Below are positions 41,145-51,470 of a stretch of 64,000 nt of DNA, in pieces (positions within the stretch are counted from its first letter, which is position 1; every line of letters starts with the position of its first letter). This stretch comes from an uncultured delta proteobacterium. Lineage in GTDB: Bacteria; Myxococcota_A; UBA9160; UBA4427. The translations under genes were made by a program, and so were the position numbers. The stretch covers positions 32,001 through 96,000 of the forward strand of contig CAWGJT010000008.1 of assembly GCA_963822965.1 (NCBI GenBank). Direction: 5' to 3'. The notes below the pieces were generated by a model. The model was given only the letters and a program-made list of their open reading frames with translations. It was not told the origin of the DNA and did not search any database.

Positions 41145-42601
41145 CCGAGCATGGGCTGCTCTCGCTCAGCTACCCGGCTCGTCCCCGGGTGGTGCTGCGC
41201 TTGTTCGGCCAGCTCGCGGGCGTGCTCTCGCTGCTCTTCCTGGTTCCCGGCGTCGTGGCGGTGTTCTCGGGCGAGCGGTCGATGCTGGTGGCGGTCGCGA
41301 TCTCCGCCGCGCCGCCGGCCCTGGCGTGGGGGCTGCTGCGCCGGCTGCCGGTGCCGCGGGACCTGCAACACAACGAAGCCCTGGTCGTCCTGGCGCTCAC
41401 CTTCCTGGTGGCCGCGCTGCTGGGGTCGATTCCGCTCTCGGCCTCGGGGATCGAATGGCTGGACGCCTTCTTCGAGTCGATGTCCGGAATCACCACCACC
41501 GGTCTGTCGACCCTGCCGTCCGTGGAGGGTCGTTCTGCGACCTTCCTCTTCACCCGCGCGTGGCTGCAGTGGTGCGGCGGCCTGGGCATCGTGGTGCTCG
41601 GGGTCGCGCTCGTGCTCGGGCCGGGCGTGGTGGCGCGGCGGCTCGAGGCGGTCGGTGCCGAGCCGGAGGATGTGATCGGGAGCGCCCGCGAGAACGCGCG
41701 CATCATCCTTCGGATCTACCTGGCGCTCACGGCCGTCGTCTTCGCGCTCCTGTGCGTCACGGGTCTGGCTCCGTTCGACGCGCTCCTGTACACGCTCGCG
41801 GCGGTGTCGACGGGCGGATTCGCGCCTCACGACGCCAGCCTGGCGGCGCTCGGAGGCTGGCTCCAGCCCTCAATGGTGATCCTGGGCTGCCTGGCCGGCT
41901 CGGTGACCCTCGTCCTGTATCAACGCGCCCTGCGCGGCGAACCGGCCGCCCTGCTGCGGGACGTCGAGCTCCAGGCGCTGCTGGCGCTGGGGGTTGCGTC
42001 GAGCCTGCTGATCTTCGGCTTCTCCGCGCACGCCGCCGGCGGGGTCGGGCTCGGGGCGCTCCATTCCGGCTTGCTGGCCTTCTCGGCGCAGACCACGGCC
42101 GGCTTCTCGCCGGTCTCGATCGGCTCGGTGGACGACGCCTCGAAGCTCGTGCTGATCCTGTCCATGGCCATCGGTGCCAGCACGGGATCGACCGCCGGGG
42201 GCTTCAAGCTGATGCGGCTGCTCGTGGTGATCCAGGTGACCCGCTGGGCCCTGGCGCGCGTTCACCTGCCGAGGCGGGCGGTCGCACCCATGCGGCTCGG
42301 GGGGGCGCGCCTGAGCGACGGTGACATCCGGCGGGCGGTCGCGCTCCTCGGTCTCTTCACCGTCTCAGCCGCGGTATCGTGGCTGGCGTTCCTCGTGTAC
42401 GGGCTGCCCGCCCTGGACTCGCTCTTCGACGTGGCCTCCGCGCTCGGCACGGTGGGCCTCTCGACGGGAGTGACCGGCCCCGGGCTTCCGCCCGCGCTGA
42501 AGCTGTTGCTCTGTGCGGACATGCTGCTCGGCCGGCTCGAGGTGCTGGCGCTGCTCGTGCTGGTGTCACCGCGCACCTGGCTCGGCAGACGGAGGGGTTG
42601 A
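41141..42601 (+). CDS. trkH: Trk/Ktr potassium uptake membrane subunit
   Basis: FESMSGITTTG, STGGF, TTAGF, STGSTAGGFK, GTVGLSTG, GRLE. Confidence 0.93.
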   Translation: MTEHGLLSLSYPARPRVVLRLFGQLAGVLSLLFLVPGVVAVFSGERSMLVAVAISAAPPALAWGLLRRLPVPRDLQHNEALVVLALTFLVAALLGSIPLSASGIEWLDAFFESMSGITTTGLSTLPSVEGRSATFLFTRAWLQWCGGLGIVVLGVALVLGPGVVARRLEAVGAEPEDVIGSARENARIILRIYLALTAVVFALLCVTGLAPFDALLYTLAAVSTGGFAPHDASLAALGGWLQPSMVILGCLAGSVTLVLYQRALRGEPAALLRDVELQALLALGVASSLLIFGFSAHAAGGVGLGALHSGLLAFSAQTTAGFSPVSIGSVDDASKLVLILSMAIGASTGSTAGGFKLMRLLVVIQVTRWALARVHLPRRAVAPMRLGGARLSDGDIRRAVALLGLFTVSAAVSWLAFLVYGLPALDSLFDVASALGTVGLSTGVTGPGLPPALKLLLCADMLLGRLEVLALLVLVSPRTWLGRRRG

Positions 42602-42603
42602 GG

Positions 42604-43263
42604 ATGAGGACGATCTTCCTGGGAGCCGGCTCCATGAGCCTGCGCACGGCCAAGACGATGGTGGAGCGCAATCACGAGGTGGTCATCATCGAGCGCTCGC
42701 AGGAGGTCGTCGCCCGGGTGCAGGAAGAGCTCGACTGCGGCTGTCTGCTCGGCGACGGCACGCGCCCGCGCGTGCTGCGCGAGGCCGATCCCGCCCACGC
42801 GGACGTGCTCTTCTGCCTGACGGGCAACGACCAGACCAATCTGATCGCGAGCCTGGTGGGCCGCTCCCTGGGCTTCCAGCGCGTCATCACGCGCATCAAC
42901 GACGAGGAGTTCGAGCACGTCTGCCTCGAGCTCGGCCTGCAGGACCTGGTGCTGCCGACCCGTACCATCGGTCGCTACCTGGCCCACATGGCCGAAGGCC
43001 ACGAGGTGCTCGACCTGTCGGCCGCGATCCGCGGGGAGGCCCGCATCTTCATGTTCGTGGCCGGCGACGCCGAGAACGACGTCGCCCTCGAAGCCCTGGC
43101 GCTGCCGCCGGGTAGCCGCGTCGCCCTGCTCTACCGGGACGGCGAGTTCCAGCCCGCGGATCCGGCCTTCGAGCTGCGCCGGGGAGACGAGCTCGTCCTC
43201 GTGGCGCCCCGTCGCGACCTCGAAAAGCTGCGGGAGCGCTGGGGCGGTCCCCCGCAGTCCTAG
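42604..43263 (+). CDS. trkA: TrkA-family RCK regulatory subunit (single RCK_N + RCK_C)
   Basis: GAG Rossmann start, GDGT, TGNDQTN, C-terminal GDEL; follows trkH. Confidence 0.88.
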   Translation: MRTIFLGAGSMSLRTAKTMVERNHEVVIIERSQEVVARVQEELDCGCLLGDGTRPRVLREADPAHADVLFCLTGNDQTNLIASLVGRSLGFQRVITRINDEEFEHVCLELGLQDLVLPTRTIGRYLAHMAEGHEVLDLSAAIRGEARIFMFVAGDAENDVALEALALPPGSRVALLYRDGEFQPADPAFELRRGDELVLVAPRRDLEKLRERWGGPPQS

Positions 43264-43479
43264 GGCGCCGCCCTTCGAACGCAGGCCTTCGGGTCTCCGG
43301 GATGCACCTCTTCGACCCAGCTCGGACCCGCTCGCTCTACGGCGCCCCAGGGCCGGGCGTGGAATCCCGCAGCGAGGCAGCCCCGCTTCCGGAGGAGCGT
43401 GATAGGATCCCCGGCGCGCGCCCCCGGGTGAGAGCGGCTCGCAGACGGCAAGACGACCAGAAGACGAGGGGATTGGACG

Positions 43480-44154
43480 ATGAGGCAAAGCTCGATGGCA
43501 GGATCCCGTGTCATCGCGATCCTTGGAACGGCCCTGCTGGCGACGAGCGTCGCCGCTGTCGCATTCGCCAAGGACGATGCGAACCCGAAGGGGCGCGAGG
43601 TCTATCAGCAGATCTGCGCGAGCTGCCACGGCCCGTACGGACGCGGCGACGGGCCCATGGCCCCGGATCTCGTGGCGAAGCCGCCCGACTTCACGCGGCC
43701 CGAGCTGCTCGCCGGCCGCACCGACGCCGAAGTGCTGGCGAGCCTCACCAAGGGTCAGCACACCCCCATGGCGATCGCGCAGGTGATCAAGCCCGAGTCC
43801 ATGCGCGATGCGATCGCCTACATGCGCACCCTCTCGGTGCCCGGAAAGCACGTGAGCGTATTGGCGGGCAAGGACATCTACGACAGCTTCTGCTGGTTCT
43901 GCCACGGGATGAAGGGCGACGGCAAGGGGCCGGTCGCCAAGAACGTCCAGGGCACGAAGCCGAGAGACTTCACCAGCAAGAAATTCGTGATCGACGGTCG
44001 CGAGGGAGAGATCTTCCAGACCATCACGATGGGCGCCGCCGCGTCCTTCCACGGCAACGCGACGATGCTCGAATGGGGCAACAAGCTCACCGACCAGCAG
44101 CGACGCGACGTGATCGAGTACATCAAGGTGCTGAAGGCCGCCGGCAGCAAGTAG
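43480..44154 (+). CDS. Periplasmic di-heme c-type cytochrome
   Basis: Signal peptide; CASCH and CWFCH, each followed by G..G.GDG/P..P.DFT and a distal Met. Confidence 0.9.
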   Translation: MRQSSMAGSRVIAILGTALLATSVAAVAFAKDDANPKGREVYQQICASCHGPYGRGDGPMAPDLVAKPPDFTRPELLAGRTDAEVLASLTKGQHTPMAIAQVIKPESMRDAIAYMRTLSVPGKHVSVLAGKDIYDSFCWFCHGMKGDGKGPVAKNVQGTKPRDFTSKKFVIDGREGEIFQTITMGAAASFHGNATMLEWGNKLTDQQRRDVIEYIKVLKAAGSK

Positions 44155-44223
44155 TCCCTGGAAGCCCCGCAGCGGGCCACGTGCGCGTAGCCACCCTCGA
44201 ACCGCCCGTGATAGCCTGATCGC

Positions 44224-45906
44224 ATGACGAGTGCTCCCGTTCCGGCCGCCGCCGCCCGGGAACGCCCAGGTTCGGGGGGCGCCTGGCTCTACGGGCCGAC
44301 GATCGATCTGCTGATCGGCGCCGGTGCCGGCTATCTGCTCTCCGTCCCGCTGTTCCTCTGGATCGGGCGGGAGTGGGCCGTCACGGGCTGGCCGGTGATC
44401 GTGGGAGCGGGCTTCGCGCTGTTCCTCGCGGGCCCCCACTATGGCGCGACGCTGCTGCGCGTCTACGAGCAGCGAGACGACCGGCGGAAATACGCGATCT
44501 TCTCGCTGGGGGCGACGATCGTCCTGGCCGCGCTCTTCGGGGTGGCTCTCCACCACGTCTTCGTGGGCTCGCTCCTGGTCACCGCCTATGCGAGCTGGAG
44601 CCCCTGGCACTTCTCGGGTCAGAACTACGGCCTGGCTCTCCTGTTCCTGCGCCGTCGGGGCGTCGCCATCGATGCCTTCACCCGGCGATGCCTCCACGCG
44701 TCCTTCTTCCTCTCCTTCGTCCTGTCCCTGCTGGTCATGCACGGAACCGCATCGACGCTCACGTTCTCGTCCGTGCCGGTCTCGAGCGCATCCGTCTTCC
44801 GCTTCCTCTCGCTGGGTATCTCGCGGGACGTATTGGACGTCGCCGTGCCGCTCGTCGCGGCAGGCTATGCGTGCACTCTCGCCGCCACGGCCTTCTCGCT
44901 CCTGCGCCGCGCCCGTCCCGCCGAGCTGCTCCCTTCCGCCTGTCTCGTTCTCACCCAATCGCTGTGGTTCGCGGTGCCGGCCGCATTGCCGCTGCTGACC
45001 GATGCGCCGCTGCAGGGGCTGGCCTTTGCGGTCGTGTGGATTTCCGCCGCGCACAGCGCGCAGTATCTGTGGGTGACCTCCTACTACGACCGGCAACAGC
45101 GTCAGAGCCGAGGGGATGGCACGCGGCGTCCCGCCGGCTACTGGCTGCATGCGCTGCTGGCGGGGACGGCCGTCACCACGCTGCCCGCTCTCGTGTTCGC
45201 ACCGCGCTTGCTGGGCAGCGTTCCCTGGGACTCGGGGCTCGCGATCCTCGTCTTCTCGGTGGTGAACCTGCACCACTTCGTTCTCGACGGAGCGATCTGG
45301 AAGCTGCGGGATGGACGCGTCGCGCGATTCCTCCTGCGGGAGCAGCCGTCGGTGCGCGGCGCCCAGCCGGCGTCGCCGCGACGGCCGCCCTGGGGTCGCG
45401 CGGTCGTGGCTCTTCTCGGCGCCGTCTCACTCGTGGTCGCGTCGCTCGACGTCTTCGAACGTGAAATCGTGATCAACCGCGCGGGGGGCGACGTCGATCG
45501 CGTCGTTCGCTCGGCTCGGCGACTGGCGTGGATCGGTCGCGACGCGCCCGGCCTGCACGAGCAGATCGCCCGCGCTCGACTCCGCCAGAATCGTCCCGAG
45601 GACGCCATCGCCGAGTATCGGCGGAGCCTGGCCCTGCAACCGACGAGCTCCGCGTGGCTCGGGCTGGGTGTCGTGCATGCGAGCCAGGCCGATTGGGCTG
45701 CAGCCGGTCGGGCATTCGACGCCGCACTCGCGCTGGATCCCGATGACACTCGTGCACTGACCCAGCGGGGTCGGGTATGGCTCGAGCTGGGTCGTCCAGA
45801 TCTGGCGCGTCGTGACCTCGAACGCGCCAAGCTCCTCGATCCCCTCGACGCCGAGATCCGCCGGGTGCTGCGACGGGTGGATGACGCCATGCCGGACGGT
45901 TCCTGA
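44224..45906 (+). CDS. Polytopic membrane protein with His motifs and C-terminal TPR domain
   Basis: About 10 TM segments; PHY, WHF.GQ.YG, HSAQY, HHFVLD.IW motifs; TPR-like A..EY..SLALQP / ALALDPDD. Confidence 0.8.
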   Translation: MTSAPVPAAAARERPGSGGAWLYGPTIDLLIGAGAGYLLSVPLFLWIGREWAVTGWPVIVGAGFALFLAGPHYGATLLRVYEQRDDRRKYAIFSLGATIVLAALFGVALHHVFVGSLLVTAYASWSPWHFSGQNYGLALLFLRRRGVAIDAFTRRCLHASFFLSFVLSLLVMHGTASTLTFSSVPVSSASVFRFLSLGISRDVLDVAVPLVAAGYACTLAATAFSLLRRARPAELLPSACLVLTQSLWFAVPAALPLLTDAPLQGLAFAVVWISAAHSAQYLWVTSYYDRQQRQSRGDGTRRPAGYWLHALLAGTAVTTLPALVFAPRLLGSVPWDSGLAILVFSVVNLHHFVLDGAIWKLRDGRVARFLLREQPSVRGAQPASPRRPPWGRAVVALLGAVSLVVASLDVFEREIVINRAGGDVDRVVRSARRLAWIGRDAPGLHEQIARARLRQNRPEDAIAEYRRSLALQPTSSAWLGLGVVHASQADWAAAGRAFDAALALDPDDTRALTQRGRVWLELGRPDLARRDLERAKLLDPLDAEIRRVLRRVDDAMPDGS

Positions 45907-46069
45907 GCGAGGGGTCGCAGCTCCACGTTCCCCCGGCGACATCGAGCCTGCCTGCCGACGCTTGCGTGTTACCCTGGGCGGGCGGGTGAGCGGGGGATCT
46001 CGTGTGTCCGGAGATCCCAACCGACCCAGGGCCCCTCGAAACGCTCCGATGGGCTCCCCCGGAAGGGTC

Positions 46070-46450
46070 ATGATTACACACGAGTTCGATCGCGATCGTC
46101 TGGTGGTACGCGCGCTCCTCCGGGGAGAAGTGTCGGACGCAGAGGCGGTGGGCTGGTTCGAAGCCCTCGTCGGCGAGCTGCAGGGTCTGCGCGCGGTGCG
46201 GGGCCTCGTCGACACCCGGCCGCTGGAGGAGCTCTCGGTGACACGGGCCGGCATCAACCGGCTGATCACCCTCGCCGACGAGAACGACGACATCTTCGCC
46301 GTCAGCCGGTGGGCCGTCGTGGCCGATCGCGACGCCGTCTATGGGATGGCGCGCGTGTACGAGCTGCTGCGCGATCGGGCTTCGTACGAGGTCCGGGTCT
46401 TCCGGTCCCTGGAAGACGGCACGGCGTGGGTGCTCGACCCCGGCGTCTGA
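46070..46450 (+). CDS. SpoIIAA-like/STAS-SEC14-like small protein
   Basis: LVD.R, AVVA..AVYGMARVY, VRVFRSLEDG.AW pattern. Confidence 0.7.
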   Translation: MITHEFDRDRLVVRALLRGEVSDAEAVGWFEALVGELQGLRAVRGLVDTRPLEELSVTRAGINRLITLADENDDIFAVSRWAVVADRDAVYGMARVYELLRDRASYEVRVFRSLEDGTAWVLDPGV

Positions 46451-46460
46451 GCGCCCCGGG

Positions 46461-46736
46461 TCAGCGACGCTTCATGAACATCCGGTCGACGTCGACCCGA
46501 GGCGGCAGGGTCTGCCACTCGGGGTCGAGGGCCGGTCTCTCCAGGCGGCGCACCCGCGTCCCGGCCTCGGCCCGGGCGTCGGCAGCCACCCACGCCCGGC
46601 TTGCGCCCTCCACGCCCACCGGGGCCAGGGCCGCGAGCAGCCCGGCCAGGGTCGCCGCCGCCACCGCCCCCCACCAGCGCCCGAGCGGCTCCGCGGGCAG
46701 ACCGAACGTTCGCGGCACGTATCCATCGACCTTCAT
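46461..46736 (-). CDS. Small hypothetical membrane/secreted protein divergent from LysR
   Basis: GGGAGGG RBS before MKVDG; one hydrophobic helix; likely LysR target. Confidence 0.5.
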   Translation of the reverse strand: MKVDGYVPRTFGLPAEPLGRWWGAVAAATLAGLLAALAPVGVEGASRAWVAADARAEAGTRVRRLERPALDPEWQTLPPRVDVDRMFMKRR

Positions 46737-46825
46737 CTCGAACCCTCCCCGGGCGCAGCGGGAGAATCGGATCGTCATAGAAGAATCACCAGATAAGAAG
46801 ATTCAATACAGCTATTCTCATATGA

Positions 46826-47740
46826 ATGTATGATCGGGTCCTCGACCGCATCGACTGGGGCTGGCTGCGGGATTTCGCGGTGGTGGCAGAGGAGGGGAGC
46901 CTGAGCGCCGCCAGCCGCCGGCTCGGCATCAGCCAGCCCACCCTCACCCGCAGGATGAGCGCCCTCGAGGAGCGGCTCGGCTCGGAGGTCCTGCGCCGCG
47001 GCTCGCGCGGCGTCGAGCTCACCGAGGTGGGCGAGGCCATCCTTCCGGCCGTCCGTCGCATGCGCGAGGAGGTGCGGGACGTCGACCGCACCGCCACGGG
47101 TCGCGACGCGGCGCTCTCGGGCACGGTGCGCGTGAGCGCCACCGAGGGCATCGCGAACCACTGGTGTACCCCGGTGCTGCGGGACTTCCAGCTCGCGCAT
47201 CCCGAGATCCGCATCGAGATGGACGTCCGCAACCGCAACGCGAACCTGCTGCGGCGCGAGGCCGACGTGGCCGTCCGGATGGGTCGACCGCGCCAGCCGG
47301 AGCTGGTGGCCCGTCGGGTCGGCGCCATCGGGCTGGGCCTGTTCGCGTCTTCGGCCTACCTGGAGCGGGCTGGTCGCCCCCGTTCCGCGGACGACCTGGT
47401 GGACCACGCGTGCGTCGCGTTCGACGAGTCGATGATCGATACGGCGACCGGTCGCTGGTTCGAGGAAGTGGTCGCCGGCGGCCGCATCGTGTTCCGGGCG
47501 ACCAGCCTGCTGACCCAGCTCGAGGCGGTCCGCAGCGGCTGGGGAATCGGCGTCGCCTCGATCTTCATCGGCCGGTCGTTTCCCGATCTCGAACGGGTGG
47601 TGGATCCGGTGGGCCTGTCCATCGACGTCTGGCTCGTGACCCATCCCGGCCTGCGGCGGAGCGCTCGCATCCGGGCCGTCTTCGACTTCCTCAAGGAGCG
47701 CTTCGAGGTGGACGGGGAGCGTCTCGCCGGCCGCGCCTGA
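46826..47740 (+). CDS. LysR family transcriptional regulator
   Basis: EEGSLSAASRRLGISQPTLTRRMSALE HTH; substrate-binding domain; AT-rich promoter region 46775-46830. Confidence 0.95.
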   Translation: MYDRVLDRIDWGWLRDFAVVAEEGSLSAASRRLGISQPTLTRRMSALEERLGSEVLRRGSRGVELTEVGEAILPAVRRMREEVRDVDRTATGRDAALSGTVRVSATEGIANHWCTPVLRDFQLAHPEIRIEMDVRNRNANLLRREADVAVRMGRPRQPELVARRVGAIGLGLFASSAYLERAGRPRSADDLVDHACVAFDESMIDTATGRWFEEVVAGGRIVFRATSLLTQLEAVRSGWGIGVASIFIGRSFPDLERVVDPVGLSIDVWLVTHPGLRRSARIRAVFDFLKERFEVDGERLAGRA

Positions 47741-47754
47741 CGGGTGCTCGCCCC

Positions 47755-50700
47755 TCAGCCACCGGGCTTCGCGCCCAGCTGCAGCAGCAGGTCGTGGCAG
47801 CGGTCGAAGAGGGCCGCCGCAGCCGCGCCGGCCGGGGGCGCGGGGGCGTGGATCCGGTGGTCGGGGGTGACCCGGACGTTCGCGCCCGCCTTGGTGAGAA
47901 GCTGGACCAGGCGTTGCGGATCGATGTTCGCGGACTCGGACACCGTCAGTACGATCTCGCCGCGGCCCGCCGAGACCGCCAGCACCCCGAGCTCCCGGGC
48001 CATGATCTTGAGCCGGATGACCTCGAGGAGATTCTCCGCTTCCAGAGGCAGCGAGCCGTAGCGGTCGAGGATCTCGTCCCGCACCCCGGCGAGCTCGCCT
48101 TCGTCCCGGGAGCTCGCGAGCCGCTTGTAGAGCACGAGCCGCTGGCTCACGTCGGACACGTAGGCTTCCGGCAGCCGCGCCACCACCGGCAGCCGGATCT
48201 CCGGCTCGATCGCGGCCTTGACGATGTTGCCCCGCAGCTCCTCGATCGTCTCCTCGAGCAGCTCCATGTAGGTCTCGTAGCCGACGCTGCGCAGGTTGCC
48301 GGACTGCTCCGCGCCCAGCAGGTTGCCCGCGCCGCGGATTTCGAGGTCCATGTTGGCCAGCCGGAACCCGCTGCCGAGCTCGGAGAGATCCTGGATGGCC
48401 TCCAGGCGCTTGCGGGCGTCGTCGCTGAGCGCTCCCGTCGAAGCGGGCACCAGCAGGTACGCGTAGGCGCGGTGGCTGCTGCGTCCCACGCGACCGCGGA
48501 GCTGGTAGAGCTGCGCGAGTCCGAGCGCGTCGGCGCGGTTGATGACGATGGTGTTGGCGCGCGGGATGTCGAGGCCGCTCTCGATGATGGTCGTGCACAG
48601 CAGCACGTCCGCCTCGCCGCGCTGGAAGGCGAGCATCTTCGCTTCCAGCTCGCGCTCGCCCATCTGGCCGTGGGCGACGATCGCCTTCACCTCGGGAACC
48701 ACCCGCTCGAGCATCTCGGCGACGGCCCCGATGGTGCGCACGCGGTTGTGCATGAAGTAGACCTGTCCGCCGCGCCGCACCTCGCGCAGGATCGCCTCGC
48801 GGATGAGCGTCTCGTCGAACCGCGCCACCTGGGTGCGCACTGCGAGTCGATCGACCGGCGCCGTGTTGATGAGGGACAGGTCGCGGATGCCGGTGAAGGA
48901 GAGCTGCAGGGTGCGCGGGATGGGGGTCGCCGTCAGGGTCAACACGTCGACCGTCTTCTTGAGCTTCTTGATGCGCTCCTTGTGGGCGACGCCGAAGCGG
49001 TGCTCCTCGTCGATCACCAGCAGGCCGAGGTCGCGGAAGCGCACGTTCTTCTGCAGCAGCCGGTGGGTGCCGATCGCGACGTCGATGCGTCCCGAAGCCA
49101 GGCCCTCCTCGACGGCCCGGGCCTCTCGCGCCGTGCGGAAGCGCGACAGGGACTCGATCTCGACGGGGTAGCCCCGCAGCCGCTCGGCGAACGTGGCCGC
49201 ATGCTGCTGACACAGGATCGTGGTGGGCACCAGCACGGCCACCTGCTTGCCGTCCATCACGGCCCGGAACGCGGCGCGCACGGCCACCTCCGTCTTGCCG
49301 TAGCCGACGTCTCCGCACACCAGGCGATCCATGGGCTTCGGCTTCAGCATGTCGGCCAGCACGTCCTCGATGGCGTCGGCCTGGTCCGGGGTCTCCTCGA
49401 ACGGGAAGGTCGCCTCGAACTCCTCGAAGTAGGCGTCCCGCGGCGAGAACGCGAACCCCGGCGCCAGCTCCCGCGCCGCGTGGAGCGAGAGCAGCTCCGA
49501 GGCCATGATCTGCAGCGACTTCTTGACCTTGCGCTTGGTCTTCTCCCAGGTGTCCCCGCCCAGTCGGTCGATGCGGGGCTGGGCGCCGTCGGCGTCGCCG
49601 TAGCGCTGCACCAGGTTCAGCCGGTCGACGGGCAGGAAGAGCCGGTCGCCGCCCTCGTACTCGATGCACAGCAGCTCGGCGGCGAGCCCGCCCACGGAGA
49701 GCTCGACGAGGCCGCGGTAGGCGCCGATGCCGTGGTCGACGTGCACGAGGTAGTCACCCACCGACAGCGCGCCGAGCCCCTCGACGGCGGTGCCGTCGCG
49801 CCAGCTCGCGCTGCGCCGCTTCTTCTCGCGGCGGCCGAAGATCTCCTCCTCGGTGAGCACCGTGAGCCGTTCCGCGGGCACGTCGAAGCCCGACGACAGC
49901 GGAGCCACCCGGATCTCGATGCGCCCGGGCGCCGCCCAGCGCGAGACCGGGCGCGGATCGCTGGCCGTGCGCGACTCGAGGCCGTACTCACCGAGCAACG
50001 CCTGCAGCCGCTCCGCGGAGGAGAGCGACGTGCAGAGGATGGCGACGCGGAAGCGCTCGCTGCAACGATCGACGAGGTAGTCGGCCAGGGGACGCAGGGC
50101 CCGGTCGTGGGTGCGGGTCTGGATCAGCTCCCGGCGCAGATCGTCGTGGGCGGTGGTCTGGACGTGCAGCCTGACGGGTGCATGGGCGCCTCGCGGCTGC
50201 TCGTGGATGACGTCGAGCCGCTCGAGGCTCACGGGGCTCCGGCTCGCCAGGGCGGTCTCGAAGCTCGCCGGATCGAGCAGCAGCGTACCAGGCTCCACGA
50301 CGGGTCGCCCGGCCTCGCGTGCGGCCAGGCAGTTGTGGGTGGCCTCCTCGAAGTAGTGGGCGAGCCGGCTGCGGCCGCCTTCGGGGTCGTCCAGCACCAC
50401 CAGCGTGTCGTCCGGCAGGAAGTCGAACGCGGTCTCCTGGGCGGGCTGCAGCAGCGGAGCCAGCGCCTCCGCGCCCGGCGGTACGTGGCCGCGCAGCAGC
50501 GAGTCGATCCACTCGTCGATGGTGCGCGCCGGCACCGCGGTGCTTCGCCCGAGCGCGCGGATCTCCTCCGACCGCCGCATCACCAGGTCGCGGTCGAAGA
50601 GCAGCTCTCGCGGCGGCGGAGCCACCGCGCTGCCGAGCTTGTCCTGGGATCGCTGGCTGGCGGCGTCGAACTCGCGGATCGACTCGATCTCGTCGCCGAA

Positions 50701-51333
50701 GAGCTCGAGGCGGATGGGCCGCGGCAGGTGGGGCGGGAAGACGTCCACGATGCCGCCGCGGACCGCGATCTCCCCGGCCTCCTCGACGAGGGGCATGCGC
50801 GCGTAGCCGGCGGCCACCAGGGTCTCGACGAGGGCGTCGCGGTCGACGGTGCGGCCGACCTCGAGGTGCACGCTCCGTGAGCGCACCGCGTCGCGCGAGG
50901 GGACCCGCAAGGCGAGCGCCGTCCAGGGTGCGACCACGATCGGCGCGGGCTTCGCGCGGGACGTCCCCGCGGAGGCGAGCCAGCGATAGAGGACGTCCAT
51001 GCGCTGGGCGATCACGAAGGGCTGCGGGGAGAATCGGTCGTAGGGGAGCGTGTCGTGGCGCGGGAATGCGCGTGTGCGCCGCGCGTCTTCGCGCTCACCG
51101 AGACAGGTGCGCAGGTCGTCGAGCAGCGTGTCCGTCGCCTTTGCGTTGGCGGTGAGGAAGAGGACCGGGGCATCGCCGTGGGCGTCCACCAGGCGCGCAC
51201 CGACGAGGGCGGGAGAGGCGCCGCGCAGGCCCGTCAGGCGCACGGGACCCCGGCGAGCGGTCACCTGGGCGATGACGCGCTCGAGGGTGTCGCTCGTCGT
51301 CTGTCTGTCGCTGCGCCTGCCGGCCACGATCAC
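47755..51333 (-). CDS. mfd: Transcription-repair coupling factor
   Basis: RGGIVDVF, HGIGAY (CarD-like domain), GDVGYGKT, DEEHRFGV, TATPIPRT, QLRGRVGR, TRCF domain; probable GTG start at 51333. Confidence 0.98.
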   Translation of the reverse strand: MIVAGRRSDRQTTSDTLERVIAQVTARRGPVRLTGLRGASPALVGARLVDAHGDAPVLFLTANAKATDTLLDDLRTCLGEREDARRTRAFPRHDTLPYDRFSPQPFVIAQRMDVLYRWLASAGTSRAKPAPIVVAPWTALALRVPSRDAVRSRSVHLEVGRTVDRDALVETLVAAGYARMPLVEEAGEIAVRGGIVDVFPPHLPRPIRLELFGDEIESIREFDAASQRSQDKLGSAVAPPPRELLFDRDLVMRRSEEIRALGRSTAVPARTIDEWIDSLLRGHVPPGAEALAPLLQPAQETAFDFLPDDTLVVLDDPEGGRSRLAHYFEEATHNCLAAREAGRPVVEPGTLLLDPASFETALASRSPVSLERLDVIHEQPRGAHAPVRLHVQTTAHDDLRRELIQTRTHDRALRPLADYLVDRCSERFRVAILCTSLSSAERLQALLGEYGLESRTASDPRPVSRWAAPGRIEIRVAPLSSGFDVPAERLTVLTEEEIFGRREKKRRSASWRDGTAVEGLGALSVGDYLVHVDHGIGAYRGLVELSVGGLAAELLCIEYEGGDRLFLPVDRLNLVQRYGDADGAQPRIDRLGGDTWEKTKRKVKKSLQIMASELLSLHAARELAPGFAFSPRDAYFEEFEATFPFEETPDQADAIEDVLADMLKPKPMDRLVCGDVGYGKTEVAVRAAFRAVMDGKQVAVLVPTTILCQQHAATFAERLRGYPVEIESLSRFRTAREARAVEEGLASGRIDVAIGTHRLLQKNVRFRDLGLLVIDEEHRFGVAHKERIKKLKKTVDVLTLTATPIPRTLQLSFTGIRDLSLINTAPVDRLAVRTQVARFDETLIREAILREVRRGGQVYFMHNRVRTIGAVAEMLERVVPEVKAIVAHGQMGERELEAKMLAFQRGEADVLLCTTIIESGLDIPRANTIVINRADALGLAQLYQLRGRVGRSSHRAYAYLLVPASTGALSDDARKRLEAIQDLSELGSGFRLANMDLEIRGAGNLLGAEQSGNLRSVGYETYMELLEETIEELRGNIVKAAIEPEIRLPVVARLPEAYVSDVSQRLVLYKRLASSRDEGELAGVRDEILDRYGSLPLEAENLLEVIRLKIMARELGVLAVSAGRGEIVLTVSESANIDPQRLVQLLTKAGANVRVTPDHRIHAPAPPAGAAAAALFDRCHDLLLQLGAKPGG

Positions 51334-51470
51334 GCTCCGAACGCACGAAAGCCCGAACGCGCCCCGGGGTGGGGGTGGGCGTCCAGGCAGGTCTCCCGAA
51401 GATCGCGCGCAGGGTAGCAGCCGCCTCGGCGCCGGCCGGCCGGAGCGCCTCCCCGCGCGAGGGATCGCGT

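Noticed and set aside
47164..50880. 1238-aa plus-strand ORF
   Set aside because: Mostly an antisense shadow of mfd
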